A DNA stretch of 63,418 nucleotides, filler included, from Octopus bimaculoides (GCF_001194135.2; 5 parts of 5 records of this genome joined end to end with filler, not necessarily neighbours in it), one strand, 5' to 3'. Shown: positions 37,171-49,949, counted from the whole stretch's first letter. Translations and numbers: made by a program. Notes: generated by a model not told the origin, from the letters alone.

Positions 37171-37789
37171 GGCATTGTATGATTTGAGGAAGATTTAGCT
37201 GCTAATATCATGGACCAAAGAGAGACACTCTGCCTGGCTTGTTTGTACTTTTAATGCCAGAATATATATATATGTATATAGATAGATAGATAGAGATAGA
37301 TAGATATGTATATATATACATATATCACAGCAAGTAAGAGGCATCAGTCGTGACAAGCAACCATTACTGATTTTTTAATCTTTTCTCTACAATTTATCTG
37401 TGTATTTTGTTTAAGATATTTTCTATAAACCTGAATATAAATAGAAATGTAAGCCTCAGCACCGACATCAAATTTTTGCAGATTTTCTTTCTTTTTAAAT
37501 CAGAGCACTGCCATCTGGAAGTTTTTATTCTAAACAAGTTTGACCAGTTTAGAAGAAAAAAAGGTTACTTCTACATTCTTCAGTTTTTACTATTTTGCAA
37601 ATACCCTTCATTTCATCTACAAACTTACTTATTTACTGTTTAGTTAAATTTCCGTTTTTCAGCTATATATATATATATATATATATAGGAAAATGAAGAA
37701 TAAGGCAGAATGCTAAACTGGAAGCATATTTTAATAAAGATTTCTAACCGGCTTGGTAGTGGGATTGAACCTATCTTGGCCGTCTTGGC

Positions 37790-38080
37790 ATCTTCTATTA
37801 TAGACCCAGGCTGACCAAAGCCTTGTGAGTGGACTTGCTAGATGGAAATTGAAAGAAGCCCACTATATGTTTGTGCTTCTCTCTTCTCCCCACTGCTTGA
37901 CAACCGGTGTTGGTTTCTTTACAGCCCCATAACAAAGCTGTTGGGCAAAACAGACATAAAATTGGTACCAGACATTTTTAAGTACTGGGGGGGGGGTCAA
38001 TTTGTTTGACTAAAACCTTTCAATGCAGTGCTCCAGCATGGCCACAGTCAAATGACCAAAATGAGTAAAAGATAAAAGGT
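37790..38080 (+). mobile_element. SINE family B, 5'-truncated
   Basis: CCAAAGCCTTGTGAGTGGA...GCTCCAGCATGGCCACAGTCAAATGAC. Confidence 0.85.
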
Positions 38081-38679
38081 TACACATTTTTCTGAGTGGA
38101 CACAGTTGATTTAAAAAAAAGAAAAAAACCCATCCTGGTATTTTAATTCATTAACTGTGGAAAAATAAATGCAAATTTGATCTTGGTGGAATCCAAACTT
38201 AGAATGTAAAAGGCTGTAACTAAATACCACTAGACATTTGTGTGTGTGTGTGACCTCAAACTTCAATAATAGTAATAATAATAATAATAATAATTCCTGC
38301 TGCCCTAATTTTTTTCTGTCATCAACAAATGTGTGACCAACTGTCCAGTAGTCCCAAAACTCTGATGTAGGTATTCACTTGAGATTTTTCAATGAACCTA
38401 GGTGTGGGGTTTTGGGAATGGGGGAATTCATAGGTTCAGGTGATGGGGACAGTGTGTGTGTGTAGTGGTGGTTGTCAGTTAATGTATAAAATCTACACTG
38501 GTGATTGTCACCTGATCAACCCTGTGTTATATTCTTTCTATGTACAGTTTTCCTGTATAATGGTAGCAATGTAATGCAAAACATCCAGATCAAAATTGGG
38601 AAGGGTAGCATTATTAAAAAAATGAGGTGTGTGTACATATATATTCTTTTATCTGTTTATCTTATATGCATTCATTTAT

Positions 38680-38982
38680 TTGTTTGCTTATTTCAGTCAT
38701 TAGACTGCAACTATGTTGGAGCACCATTCTATCAATCACTTTGGCCAAACCATTAAGTTACAGGGACGTAAACACACCAACACTGGTTATCAAGTACACA
38801 CACACACACACATATACAACTGGCTTCTTTCTTTCAGTTACTGTTTACTAAATCCACTCACATGATTTTGGTCAGCCCTAGGCTATAGTAGAAGGCACTA
38901 CCCAAGGTGGGACTACATTGTGGGACTGAAACTGGAACCATGTGGTCGGGAAGCAAACTTCTTACCACACAGTCATGCCTGC
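38680..38982 (-). mobile_element. SINE family B (CpG-decayed)
   Basis: TATTTCAGTCATTAGACTGC...AAATCCACTCAC...GTGGGACTGAAACTGGAACCATGTGG...CTTACCACACAG. Confidence 0.85.
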
Positions 38983-38993
38983 ATCTCTGCTTG

Positions 38994-39043
<50 letters not shown>

Positions 39044-39436
39044 TTTTAGTTAAGGCATAAAGAAATGGGGGGGATAACATTATATTTCAGATCATATTGT
39101 ACTAGAGTAAACATGTTGCATATATATACAAAGAGAGAAAAAAATCTGTGTATGCTTTGAGAAGGCAAAGTGAAATATTCACTAATGTACCATATTTTAG
39201 AGTGCTATTTTATAAACACCATTTTAATATAGTCTCTTGTTGACTGGTTCTATGTTTATCTCTTTCTCCAAAGTCTTATACAGATCTAAATTTACATACA
39301 CACCCTCTCTCTTGCTCTCTCTCTCTCTCCTATGATACTGTGTGTAGGCTAGTTTCCAACCCTGACCAAGCTTTAGAATATTGACTTTATAGCAGATGAT
39401 GGATATGTATGCCTGCATGTGTTTCAATATGGTTTT

Positions 39437-39491
<55 letters not shown>

Positions 39492-39552
39492 TATCTGTCT
39501 AAATATGGAATGATAGATTTGTTTGTGTATGAATATATGTAAATATCTGTTG

Positions 39553-39593
<41 letters not shown>

Positions 39594-41960
39594 TATCTAT
39601 TTATGCGTGTAAATGTTTACAATATATTTGTGTGTGTTTATCATCATCATTTGGCATCCATGTACCATGCTGGCGCATGGGTTGGATGGTTTGACCGGAT
39701 CTGATGGACGCAAGGGCTGCGTCATGTTCCACTGCCTGTTTGCCATGGTTTCTTTCCATGGCTGGATGCTCTTCCTAATGCCAATAATTTTGCAGTATGT
39801 ACTGGGCATTTTTGTTTTGTGCCACCAGTACCAATGCAACTTGTAAGCCTGTGAACTTCAAGTGGAGTGGGGAAACGTTACACAGGGAGAGTAAGAAGTA
39901 GGGGGGGGGGGTAAAGTATGAAAGAAAAGGGTTGGAGCAAAGCAGGTTTCTTGCTGAAGAGGGACTACATGACTATTCACGTTTGAAAGGAGGGGGTTGG
40001 ACGAAGAGGGTGAAACTGGTGAGGAGGTGGTAGTGTGGACATTTCATGATACAAGGTGAGTAGGAATGAGTAGAGCAGGGGTGCCCAGAATGAAAGGAGT
40101 AGGGGATATCTGGTGCCAGGGAGGCGGGGGCACAGCAGAACTGAAATGATTAAATGGTTATACAGTAAACAGAGGGATGAAAGGAAGCTGACATGCTGTT
40201 GGGTAGGTTCTGTGTGCACATATAATATGTATATATGTATGTATGTATATATCTATCTATCTATCTGTATGTATAGTTGTGCATATGAATCTGGGTGTAT
40301 AATGCATATAGATTTTATGTATTTATCAGCATAGAAAATGGATGTTGAATGTTGATGATGATAATGATGATGATATTTCAGTGTTAAATAAGTTTATTAT
40401 TCTAGTGTTAGATTAGGACTAACAATAGATCATTTATTGATGGGGCTGACTCAATAGTGAGAACAGAACCAGTAGAGTCATCTTTGTGAGTTCCACCTAC
40501 TGGTTTATTCAGCCAGTCTATATATATATATATATATATATATATNNNNNNNNNNNNNNNNNNNNNNNNNNNNNNNNNNNNNNNNNNNNNNNNNNNNNNN
40601 NNNNNNNNNNNNNNNNNNNNNNNNNNNNNNNNNNNNNNNNNNNNNNNNNNNNNNNNNNNNNNNNNNNNNNNNNNNNNNNNNNNNNNNNNNNNNNNNNNNN
40701 NNNNNNNNNNNNNNNNNNNNNNNNNNNNNNNNNNNNNNNNNNNNNNNNNNNNNNNNNNNNNNNNNNNNNNNNNNNNNNNNNNNNNNNNNNNNNNNNNNNN
40801 NNNNNNNNNNNNNNNNNNNNNNNNNNNNNNNNNNNNNNNNNNNNNNNNNNNNNNNNNNNNNNNNNNNNNNNNNNNNNNNNNNNNNNNNNNNNNNNNNNNN
40901 NNNNNNNNNNNNNNNNNNNNNNNNNNNNNNNNNNNNNNNNNNNNNNNNNNNNNNNNNNNNNNNNNNNNNNNNNNNNNNNNNNNNNNNNNNNNNNNNNNGA
41001 TCTCCTGGAGCAGAATAAAAATGGTGTGTGAAACTTCCATAATAAAATAAATGAGTGTGGAACAAAATTAAATGAAGTGTTTTTTTCCTGTGGGAAGGGA
41101 TAGATGGAAGGTTGAGGGGGGGGGGCATATGTTAGATGATGTGGTGGGAGGGAGATGGATTGCTTTGCAGTGCAATATATATCGTGGGCTGGAGTAGGTG
41201 AGGTTGGTTGCTTTATTAGAAGGGAAAGAGGAAAGACACATGAATGGCGGATTGATTATTGACTGGAAAATGTAGAATATTTAACACTAGAGTGAACACA
41301 CACACAACACACACACACACACCAAGGGTTGTGCTCTGTTTGTTATGTAGGAAGATGTATGGCATACTTGGGTAAAAAAATTTTTGGTCTATTAACTCCT
41401 ACAGTTTGTGGTGTTGATGAGTAAAGATGTGTGTGTGTGTGTATATATATATACACACATACATGTATATGGTGTGTATAAGCATGTATGTATATGTGAT
41501 TGTATTTATATAGGTATGTGAGAGTATGTTTATGTCTGTGTGTATATGTAAGTATGATATATATTTTTGTGATTATAATATATGTGTATATATGTATGTG
41601 TGTGTATTAATATTAAAAAAATGAAATATAAAACAAAAGCTAGAAGAAATGATGAATTATTATTGTTATCTGAATTGTTGGGGAATGTGGATAAAATAAC
41701 CTGCAGTATTTAATTCTGTTATTTTACATTCCGAGTAGAAATTTTGCTGGGATCAAATTTGATTTTCATCTATCCATGTTTGAGAGACTGAAGTACCAGT
41801 CACTTTTGGGGGTCATTATAATCTACCATTTGTCAATGTATTAGTACTACTATGTCGCTGAAGACTAGGTTTTCTTTTGGTTCTGTTTGTGCTAGATTCT
41901 AGGGAACAAATGCTGTTATTTTCCTCAATTACCCCCCCCCCACACACACACACACACACC

Positions 41961-42602
41961 TTAACCCTTAAACATTCAAGTTACTCAGTCAAATGTAATG
42001 CTTATTTCTTTATAGTGTTTTGAGTTAAATATGCACCCTCCCGTAGCTTCTATGTTTTGAATGATGTGATTAATTTGAGGATGACATTGTAGAATAAGTG
42101 TGAGGGACCAGATCAGGCTGATTTGAACACAAAAAAGGTAGAGTATTTGGGCCTCATATAGTTGGTTTGACCCTTTAGCATTCAGATTACTCTGTCTCAT
42201 CTAACGCTTATTATTCATGCTGTTCTGAATTAATCATGCATTACCTCAAAGCTTCGAGATTTCAATGATATGATTATTTATTTCTAGAATGACGTTGTAG
42301 GACAGGTGTGAGAGGCTGGATCTGATCCATTTGAACATGAAAAAAGTAGACTAGGACTTAATATGGCTGGTGTTACCCTTTTGGATTTAAACCTGTCATA
42401 TCCATCCCAAAATATCCTATCTGTTTTTATGCTGAAACCAGCCAGATTCGGCCTCTCACACTTTCTCTACAATATCATTTTAATTATAAACTGCCACATC
42501 ATTGAAGCCTCAAAGCTACAAGATGATGTATGGTTAATTCAAGACAATGTGAATAAATAAAGCATTACATCTGACAGAATTATCTGAATGCCAAAGGGTT
42601 AA
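41961..42602. mobile_element. Composite piggyBac-type MITE: three ~200-bp units arranged (+)(+)(-)
   Basis: TTAA|CCCTT start at 41961, a second CCCTTTAGCATTCAGA at 42171, and an inverted unit ending CTGAATGCCAAAGGG|TTAA at 42602. Confidence 0.75.
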
Positions 42603-43097
42603 AAAGCAGGTGAAGTTCCCAGGATAGGTAGAAACAGTTGGGTCTCTTTTTTGCCTTACACTTCTTGCTCAATATTGTTTTCTTCTATCAGTCATTCCTT
42701 TCTCAATTTGTAACCAACGAGGCAGTCACCCAGTTACTAAACATATGTTACTAATGGATTTGTCACTCTCTCTCTCTCTCTCTCTTTACATCAAGTAAAC
42801 CCCAAAACACACACACACACACACACACACATCCCTCGTGTCACATGACCTAAGTCTCTTAGCGCCACGTCTCTCCTAAGTTCTGAGATGTCTGTTTGTT
42901 TTAGAGATAAACCAAGTCTATTTCTGGTGCCAACCTGATTAAGTTTCTCAATCATTTTTCCTAAATGGATCCAGGAAAGATTAATGCTAGATTAACGAGT
43001 CATTAGTTAATAAAGATTATTTGATCATCATAGTGAATCATTTTCAGACAGCAAATCTAATAAAGTCTTTTAGCATATCAATGATGAATGCATCCAT

Positions 43098-43129
<32 letters not shown>

Positions 43130-43367
43130 CATGGTGGTTGTGTGGTTATTGACTTGTCCTTTCCTGTAGTCACCATAGCCATAGGTCTGTTCGTCTGCTT
43201 GATCAGAGTTGATTTGGGGCTGAACCACAGCATCGTTAATTAGGAACCTATGACGAGTTTCTAACCCTAATTACTCAAGCCTGCTCTCAAATTCAATTAA
43301 GATATAAAAGAAAGTTACACGGGCACAATGTCAGAGCCATTGTTGTTTTTAGTAGTAGTGGTTGTAG

Positions 43368-43398
<31 letters not shown>

Positions 43399-43761
43399 GG
43401 TGGTGCATCAGTGCATTAACCTAACCCCACTGCCAATGACATGGTATGTCCAGTATGTATGGCAGTAATTAAAACATAATTATTTATTAATGTAATTAAA
43501 GACTTTGATCATTACTACTAATTTATGAGGATAGATTTGAAACAGTGAAACAGTACTGAACAGTATGTAAATGTGTGTGTGTCTGTGTGTACACCTGCAT
43601 CTGTGTATATGTATGCATGTGTACGAATGTGTGTATGATTTGTAGAACAGATGGTATACAGAAGTATGAATGTTATGTTTAATTCTTAAAACTGATAGTG
43701 AAAGGGTGGAAGATGAAGATTTTTGGTTTAGATTAATGGCAAGCAGGATGTATGGTGATTG

Positions 43762-43795
<34 letters not shown>

Positions 43796-43957
43796 GGTGG
43801 TGGCAGTGATATTGGCTTTGGTAGCAGTAGAGTCGAATAAATATTGCCAGTACAAACTGGGGTGTATATTTATGAGGCTTCTTCCTTTAAACAGATATTT
43901 GTTTACAGTATCAATGAAGGATAATGAACTTCTGCAAAAACGGATCCACAGAACTCA

Positions 43958-44012
<55 letters not shown>

Positions 44013-44110
44013 GAAAAACNNNNNNNNNNNNNNNNNNNNNNNNNNNNNNNNNNNNNNNNNNNNNNNNNNNNNNNNNNNNNNNNNNNNNNNNNNNNNNNNN
44101 NNNNNNNNNN

Positions 44111-44161
<51 letters not shown>

Positions 44162-44558
44162 GAAAAACTTATTGGAGGTATAATACACACACAGACACAC
44201 ACACACACACACACTTATCAATGTTCTTTTTCCCTTCCTTGGCCTTTCTTATGGTACTCTTTTCTGTCCAGATACCCTTCCTACTGCCAGTCCTTTTAAT
44301 GGCTTCATATGACCTGCAAGGACATGGTCTCCCTTGTCTAAAACTAGATTATGTACCTCTGTGCATTCACACACACACACACACACACACGCACACATCA
44401 GATAATGCACTGCCTCCCCCATATTTACGCATAAATTAAGCATAAATCTGTTGATGGTTGCTTGTGGTGTAGTCCCAACAGCTGGCTCCCACATTCGGAG
44501 GCAGCTCTCAACCCTTGTTCAAAGTAAATATAAATCACATCAAATGAAGATATATATA

Positions 44559-44968
44559 CAGGTGTAGCTGTGTGGTAAGAAGTTTGCTTCCCAACCACAT
44601 GGGCCTGGGTTCAGTCCCACTGCATGGCACCTTGAGCAAGTGTCTTCTGATGTAGTCTCAGGCCATCCAAAACCCTTGTGAGCGGATTTAGTAGATGGAA
44701 ACTGAAAGAAGCCCATCATATATAATATATGTGTGTGTTTGTGTCTCCTTGTCTTGACATCATGTGACAGTTGTAAATAAGTGTCATTGTTACACAAGCA
44801 GTGTCGTTCATCTCCAGTATTCTGCAAGAACATGTCTAACAGTGGGGAAATATCACCTTGGTTGGAAACAGGTGATGGTTGGCAGCAGGAAGGGCATCCG
44901 GCTGTAGAAAATCTGCCTCAGTACATTCCATCCAACCTATGCGAGCATGGGAAAGTGGACATCCAAAT
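44559..44968 (+). mobile_element. SINE with a family-B head and an RTE-LINE 3' tail
   Basis: Head GTGTGGTAAGAAGTTTGC...GGGTTCAGTCCCACTGCATGGCACCTTGAGCAAGTGTC; tail GGAAGGGCATCCGGCTGTAGAAA...GCGAGCATGGGAAAG. Confidence 0.8.
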
Positions 44969-45011
44969 GATTTTATACGTGTGTATATATATATACACAC
45001 ACACACACACA

Positions 45012-45227
45012 CAGGGGGATGTTGAAATGTTCCTGATTTTAAGGGTGTCGCGAAAGACCTGGTTGGAGGCCCAACCTTCCAAGTTCTTTTACAGGGCTTA
45101 TAAAAACTGAAGGGCTGCTGCTGTAAGTGTGTGAATCTAAGAGGGGAATATGTTCAATAAAATCATAATTATTTGATCCTTCTGTATTTTCTTGTACCCA
45201 AAGCCCAGACTTTTCAGCACCCCCTCG
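45012..45227. mobile_element. mariner-derived MITE (~215 bp)
   Basis: TIR-like ends CAGGGGGATGTTGAAATGTTCCTG and CAGACTTTTCAGCACCCCCTCG. Confidence 0.6.
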
Positions 45228-45777
45228 TGCGCACACACACACACACACACACATCTGTATGACAGTGGTTCTTCGCTAGTCTTAGTAAACACCCGAGATA
45301 TGCCATTTATGATCAGAAATCAGAATGATTTCAGCAGTCGGTGTTTGCACTGCTGTGAACCACAGCCTGATCTTGTAAGCAACATCTCCACCATTATGGA
45401 TGACAACAAACCTTCAAGGGAACCTCTTCCATGCTCACTGAATGATGTAGTCACAGACACACTTGTAAAACAATGGAATAGTCATGGCAAGACACCCCCC
45501 CCCATCCTTTTTGTTTTTACCATAGGCCTGCCCATTCAGTGACTAAAAAATGTGAACAACAGCAGCACTGAATGCATTTAAGCTTGCATGCTAATTAAAA
45601 CATGGAATTTTCCTCAATGAATAAACCATTGTTTCGGGGATTGAAAGACCAAACTATAGATTTAAGAGCATCTTTTGTTTCTAGTTGACAGTTCTTGCTG
45701 AAAATAGGTTTTGTATTGGTATTTCAAGAAATTACTTGGGAACCCTTTATGTATCCATCTATCTATTTATCTTAGTC

Positions 45778-45808
<31 letters not shown>

Positions 45809-45954
45809 CCCTCTATCATTCTTTCTGTCTTTTTCTCTCTGTGTCTATCTGCTCAATATTCTGTGGAATTAGACATTTTGAAGTTAATATCAACTGTGAT
45901 AGAACACAACTGTATTGGTGTTCCCTATAGAAACTGGAATTCTTTCAGTTACAA

Positions 45955-46202
45955 TGTGTTCCAGTCAATCCACTCAATGGAACAGCCTGCTTGTAAAATT
46001 AATGTGCAAGTGGCTGCACACACCACAGACACGAGTACTCTTAACATAGTTCTCAGAGAGATTCAGCATGACACAGAATGTGACATGGCTGGGCCCCTTG
46101 AAATACAAGCACTTCTTATTTTTGCTAGCTGAGTGGACTGGAGCAACGTGTATCGAAGTGTGTTGCTCAAGGAGACGTGCCACCGGGAATTGAACTCGTG
46201 AC
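45955..46202 (-). mobile_element. SINE family D (CORE-like body shared with family C)
   Basis: Colinear with 49950-50200. Reverse complement has GAGTTCAATTCCCGG...CTCCTTGAGCAACACAC...GTTGCTCCAGTCCACTCAGCT. Confidence 0.8.
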
Positions 46203-46238
46203 TTTACCAGCACATTATTTCTGTTTCTGCCATCGTAG

Positions 46239-46365
46239 ACATGTGCAACTTAATTGGGAGTGACATTCAGAAAAGCTGTCGGGTGCCCACTGCCCCCTAC
46301 AAGCCGGACAATGTGGCCGATAGTAAGCCAAGCCTGATGTACCCCAGGGGCTTGATGCTAAAGGT
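46239..46365 (+). CDS. Candidate internal coding exon (unverified)
   Basis: TTTCTGTTTCTGCCATCGTAG acceptor and GT|GTGAGT donor. Only one frame is open (MCNLIGSDIQKSCRVPTAPYKPDNVADSKPSLMYPRGLMLK). No family recognised. Confidence 0.2.
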
Positions 46366-46499
46366 GTGAGTAATGAGACTGGGTTCACTCCCTACACACG
46401 TTTGGGCCAGTTCCCTCACATAGACCTCAATCTTGCCAGTCTTCAGACAGCAAGGGAGCCTTCATGTCAGTAGTTTTCAACCATTTTTTTGTCTATGGG

Positions 46500-46686
46500 G
46501 TTATTTGAAAGATTTAGTCAAACAAATCGACCTCAGTACTTACTTTTTAAAAACTTGATACTTATTCTATCAAACTCTTATGCTGAACTCCAATGTCACA
46601 GGGATGTAAACAAACCAACAGCTGTCAAGCAGTGGTGAGGACAAATATGAACACAAGGACACACAGACACACACGTGCACGCACAT

Positions 46687-46731
<45 letters not shown>

Positions 46732-46888
46732 CACAGTGGGCTTCTTTCAGTTTCTGTCTATCAAATCCACTCACAAGGCTTTGGTTGACCTGGAGCTATA
46801 GTGGAATACATTTGCCCAAGGTGCCACACAGTGGGACTGAACCTGGTACCGTGGTTGAGAAGCAAACTTCTTACCACACAGCCACAAA
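46500..46888 (-). mobile_element. SINE family B
   Basis: AAATCCACTCACAAGGCTTTGG...GCCCAAGGTGCCACACAGTGGGACTGAACC...CTTACCACACAGCCAC. Confidence 0.85.
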
Positions 46889-47583
46889 TATTAGTATTAT
46901 TGTATTTTGGGAGGGTTGTACTAAGGCAAAAACAAACAAAATTAAATATGTTAAATATGTAGGATTTTTGCTCGAGCCCCACAATGTCAACAAAGCATTC
47001 TGTTGTGATTTCATGCTTCCACAATCTGGTATTAATTTGGAACTAAACAAAACTTCCCCTTCCTCTGGTATCTTTTAAAATCACAAATTCAGGCAGGACA
47101 ACAACAATAATCGCTTTATAACGAAACACAAAGATTGCACCATTGTATGGTATCATAATAAGGGAGCCTCTACATGGTTCATTTAGCTTGCTAGAAATAG
47201 CAATCCAACCTCTCTCAAATAACAACCTTTTAAAAAAAAAATTTTTTTAAATGAAGAGCATATAGTGTAAATATGTGGTGTAAACATTCAAATATCATCG
47301 TTATCTTTCTAAATCTGTTTTATGTCACAAGGAATGTTTGATTGCCCTGAGTCATCTTGGTGTATAAGTTGACTTCACCATTTTTGGGGCTGTAAATTTT
47401 AGTACGAAGAATATGATAATTCTAGATCTGTTTAAATGAAAGACAGGATGGTCATATTTGGAATGTAGTGATTGTGCGCTTTGCTGGGTCGGGACTGACT
47501 CGGGGTTATACATCACTAACAAAAGCTCGGTGGACATGGCTAATTTTTCTCTTAATTAAATTTCCCTGCCATATTTACATTAG

Positions 47584-47713
47584 TGTTACTGAGGGAGAGG
47601 GAGAAAAGAGAAACTATAAGAAACTAAAAGAAGTTTATGATAGTGATGATGTAGAATATGAATTAAACGACATGTCACCAAATACACGCCCTCCTCTTTC
47701 CTACAATGTTTAA
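47584..47713 (+). CDS. Candidate terminal coding exon (unverified)
   Basis: TTTCCCTGCCATATTTACATTAG acceptor, then VTEGEGEKRNYKKLKEVYDSDDVEYELNDMSPNTRPPLSYNV*. Non-repetitive and protein-like in composition; no homologue recognised. Confidence 0.3.
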
Positions 47714-48201
47714 ATGGAAATTTTAATGAAAACATTTTAACTAAAAAAAAAAAAAANNNNNNNNNNNNNNNNNNNNNNNNNNNNNNNNNNNNNNNNNNNN
47801 NNNNNNNNNNNNNNNNNNNNNNNNNNNNNNNNNNNNNNNNNNNNNNNNNNNNNNNNNNNNNNNNNNNNNNNNNNNNNNNNNNNNNNNNNNNNNNNNNNNN
47901 NNNNNNNNNNNNNNNNNNNNNNNNNNNNNNNNNNNNNNNNNNNNNNNNNNNNNNNNNNNNNNNNNNNNNNNNNNNNNNNNNNNNNNNNNNNNNNNNNNNN
48001 NNNNNNNNNNNNNNNNNNNNNNNNNNNNNNNNNNNNNNNNNNNNNNNNNNNNNNNNNNNNNNNNNNNNNNNNNNNNNNNNNNNNNNNNNNNNNNNNNNNN
48101 NNNNNNNNNNNNNNNNNNNNNNNNNNNNNNNNNNNNNNNNNNNNNNNNNNNNNNNNNNNNNNNNNNNNNNNNNNNNNNNNNNNNNNNNNNNNNNNNNNNG
48201 T

Positions 48202-48243
<42 letters not shown>

Positions 48244-48409
48244 GGATTTTTTTCCCCGTATTTTCTTTTAGTTAAAAAAAAGTTTGCTTTAATTTTTTTT
48301 TTTTTCTGTTGGTTTGCTATTGTGAAAGCAGTAGTAGTGATAGTGGTAGTAGTAATTCTTCTAACTGCCTCAAGGGCACAAACAAAAAAAATAATACAAG
48401 ACAGTACTG

Positions 48410-48440
<31 letters not shown>

Positions 48441-48637
48441 TGTTGACGTCAGGAGAATTTATAAACCTTTGAGAGAATATGAAATAATTCTTTTTTGGAA
48501 GTGAATCTTGAAGCACATAAAGCTACAAATAATAACCTGTAAATATTTACATGCTATCATTTATAGTTTTTATGTTCTTTGACATCCAAGTCCAAAAACG
48601 AATTTTATATATACACATATATATATAACATCCTAGT

Positions 48638-49650
48638 AACTCTATAAGATGTACCCGGTGCAAGCTTTGGACACATAAGAGGTGCAGCAATATCAAAGGC
48701 AGACTAACTACAAAGTTAGTTTTTGTATGTGGCAGATGTTCAGGTGCAATAAACACTGTAAACAAACAGGAAACAACTTCTATCTCATTCCAGGGAGAAA
48801 AACTAGAGGTAGTCGATAGCTTCTGCTATCTGGGTGACCAAGTTAGTAGTGGGGGTGGGTGCGCTGAAAGTGTAGCTGCTAGAATAAGAATAGCCTGGGC
48901 AAAGTTTAGAGAGCTCTTACCTCTGCTGACGACAAAGGGACTCTCACTCAGAGTAAAAGGCAGACTGTATGACGCATGTGTACGAACAGCCATGNNNNNN
49001 NNNNNNNNNNNNNNNNNNNNNNNNNNNNNNNNNNNNNNNNNNNNNNNNNNNNNNNNNNNNNNNNNNNNNNNNNNNNNNNNNNNNNNNNNNNNNNNNNNNN
49101 NNNNNNNNNNNNNNNNNNNNNNNNNNNNNNNNNNNNNNNNNNNNNNNNNNNNNNNNNNNNNNNNNNNNNNNNNNNNNNNNNNNNNNNNNNNNNNNNNNNN
49201 NNNNNNNNNNNNNNNNNNNNNNNNNNNNNNNNNNNNNNNNNNNNNNNNNNNNNNNNNNNNNNNNNNNNNNNNNNNNNNNNNNNNNNNNNNNNNNNNNNNN
49301 NNNNNNNNNNNNNNNNNNNNNNNNNNNNNNNGAGACCTTTGGAAATGTGCTGTGCGTGAGAAGACCCGGCAAGCCAAGTGAGATCATTGCCAGTGCCCCT
49401 GGACTGGCTCTTGTGCGGTTGGCACATGAGATGCACCATTTCGAGCGTGGCCGTTTTCGTGCGGGTGACATGTAAAAGCACCCACTACACTCTCTGAGTG
49501 GTTGGCGTTAGGAAGGGCATCCAGCTGTAGAAACTCTGCCAAATTAGATTGGAGCCTGGTGTTGCCATCTGGTTTCACCAGTCCTCAGTCAAATCGTCGA
49601 ACCCATGCTAGCATGGAAAGCAGACGTTAAATGATGATGATGATGATGAT
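48638..49650 (+). mobile_element. RTE-clade LINE, 5'-truncated, young (N gap inside)
   Basis: Stop-free NSIRCTRCKLWTHKRCSNIKGRL...VCGRC...GEKLEVVDSFCYLGD...ARIRIAWAKFRELLPLL...KGRLYDACVRTAM. After the gap: DLWKCAVREKTRQAK*, the 3'UTR and a (GAT)n tail. Confidence 0.93.
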
Positions 49651-49949
49651 GTTAAAGTGCATTGCTTTTATCAAAAGTACTCATTCATGAATGTTCAAGA
49701 TAGTAATCCCTCGAGATTTTTCGCCCTCCCATTGTTATCTTTCATGTAAATCATTCAGTGCTATTTTTAAACAATTCAAAACCATTATCTCAAAGAGAAA
49801 GGGGTTTACTCAAAACTTCATTATTCATATCTACCCTCACAAGATACGCAGTTATTCCGGTTTCCTCGACAAGCCAATCTTGAGTCTCTCTCTCTAATTA
49901 TCTGTTACTCTCCATAGTTTATCTACTGGCACTCTATCATTTATGATAC

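Noticed and set aside
43961-44170. Direct repeat (CA)n-GGGAAAAAC on both sides of an N gap
   Set aside because: Most likely an unmerged contig overlap at a microsatellite.
46400-46460. Minus-strand LKTGKIEVYVRELAQ resembling the start of an RTE endonuclease
   Set aside because: The expected downstream DI..LSE motif is absent; too short to call.
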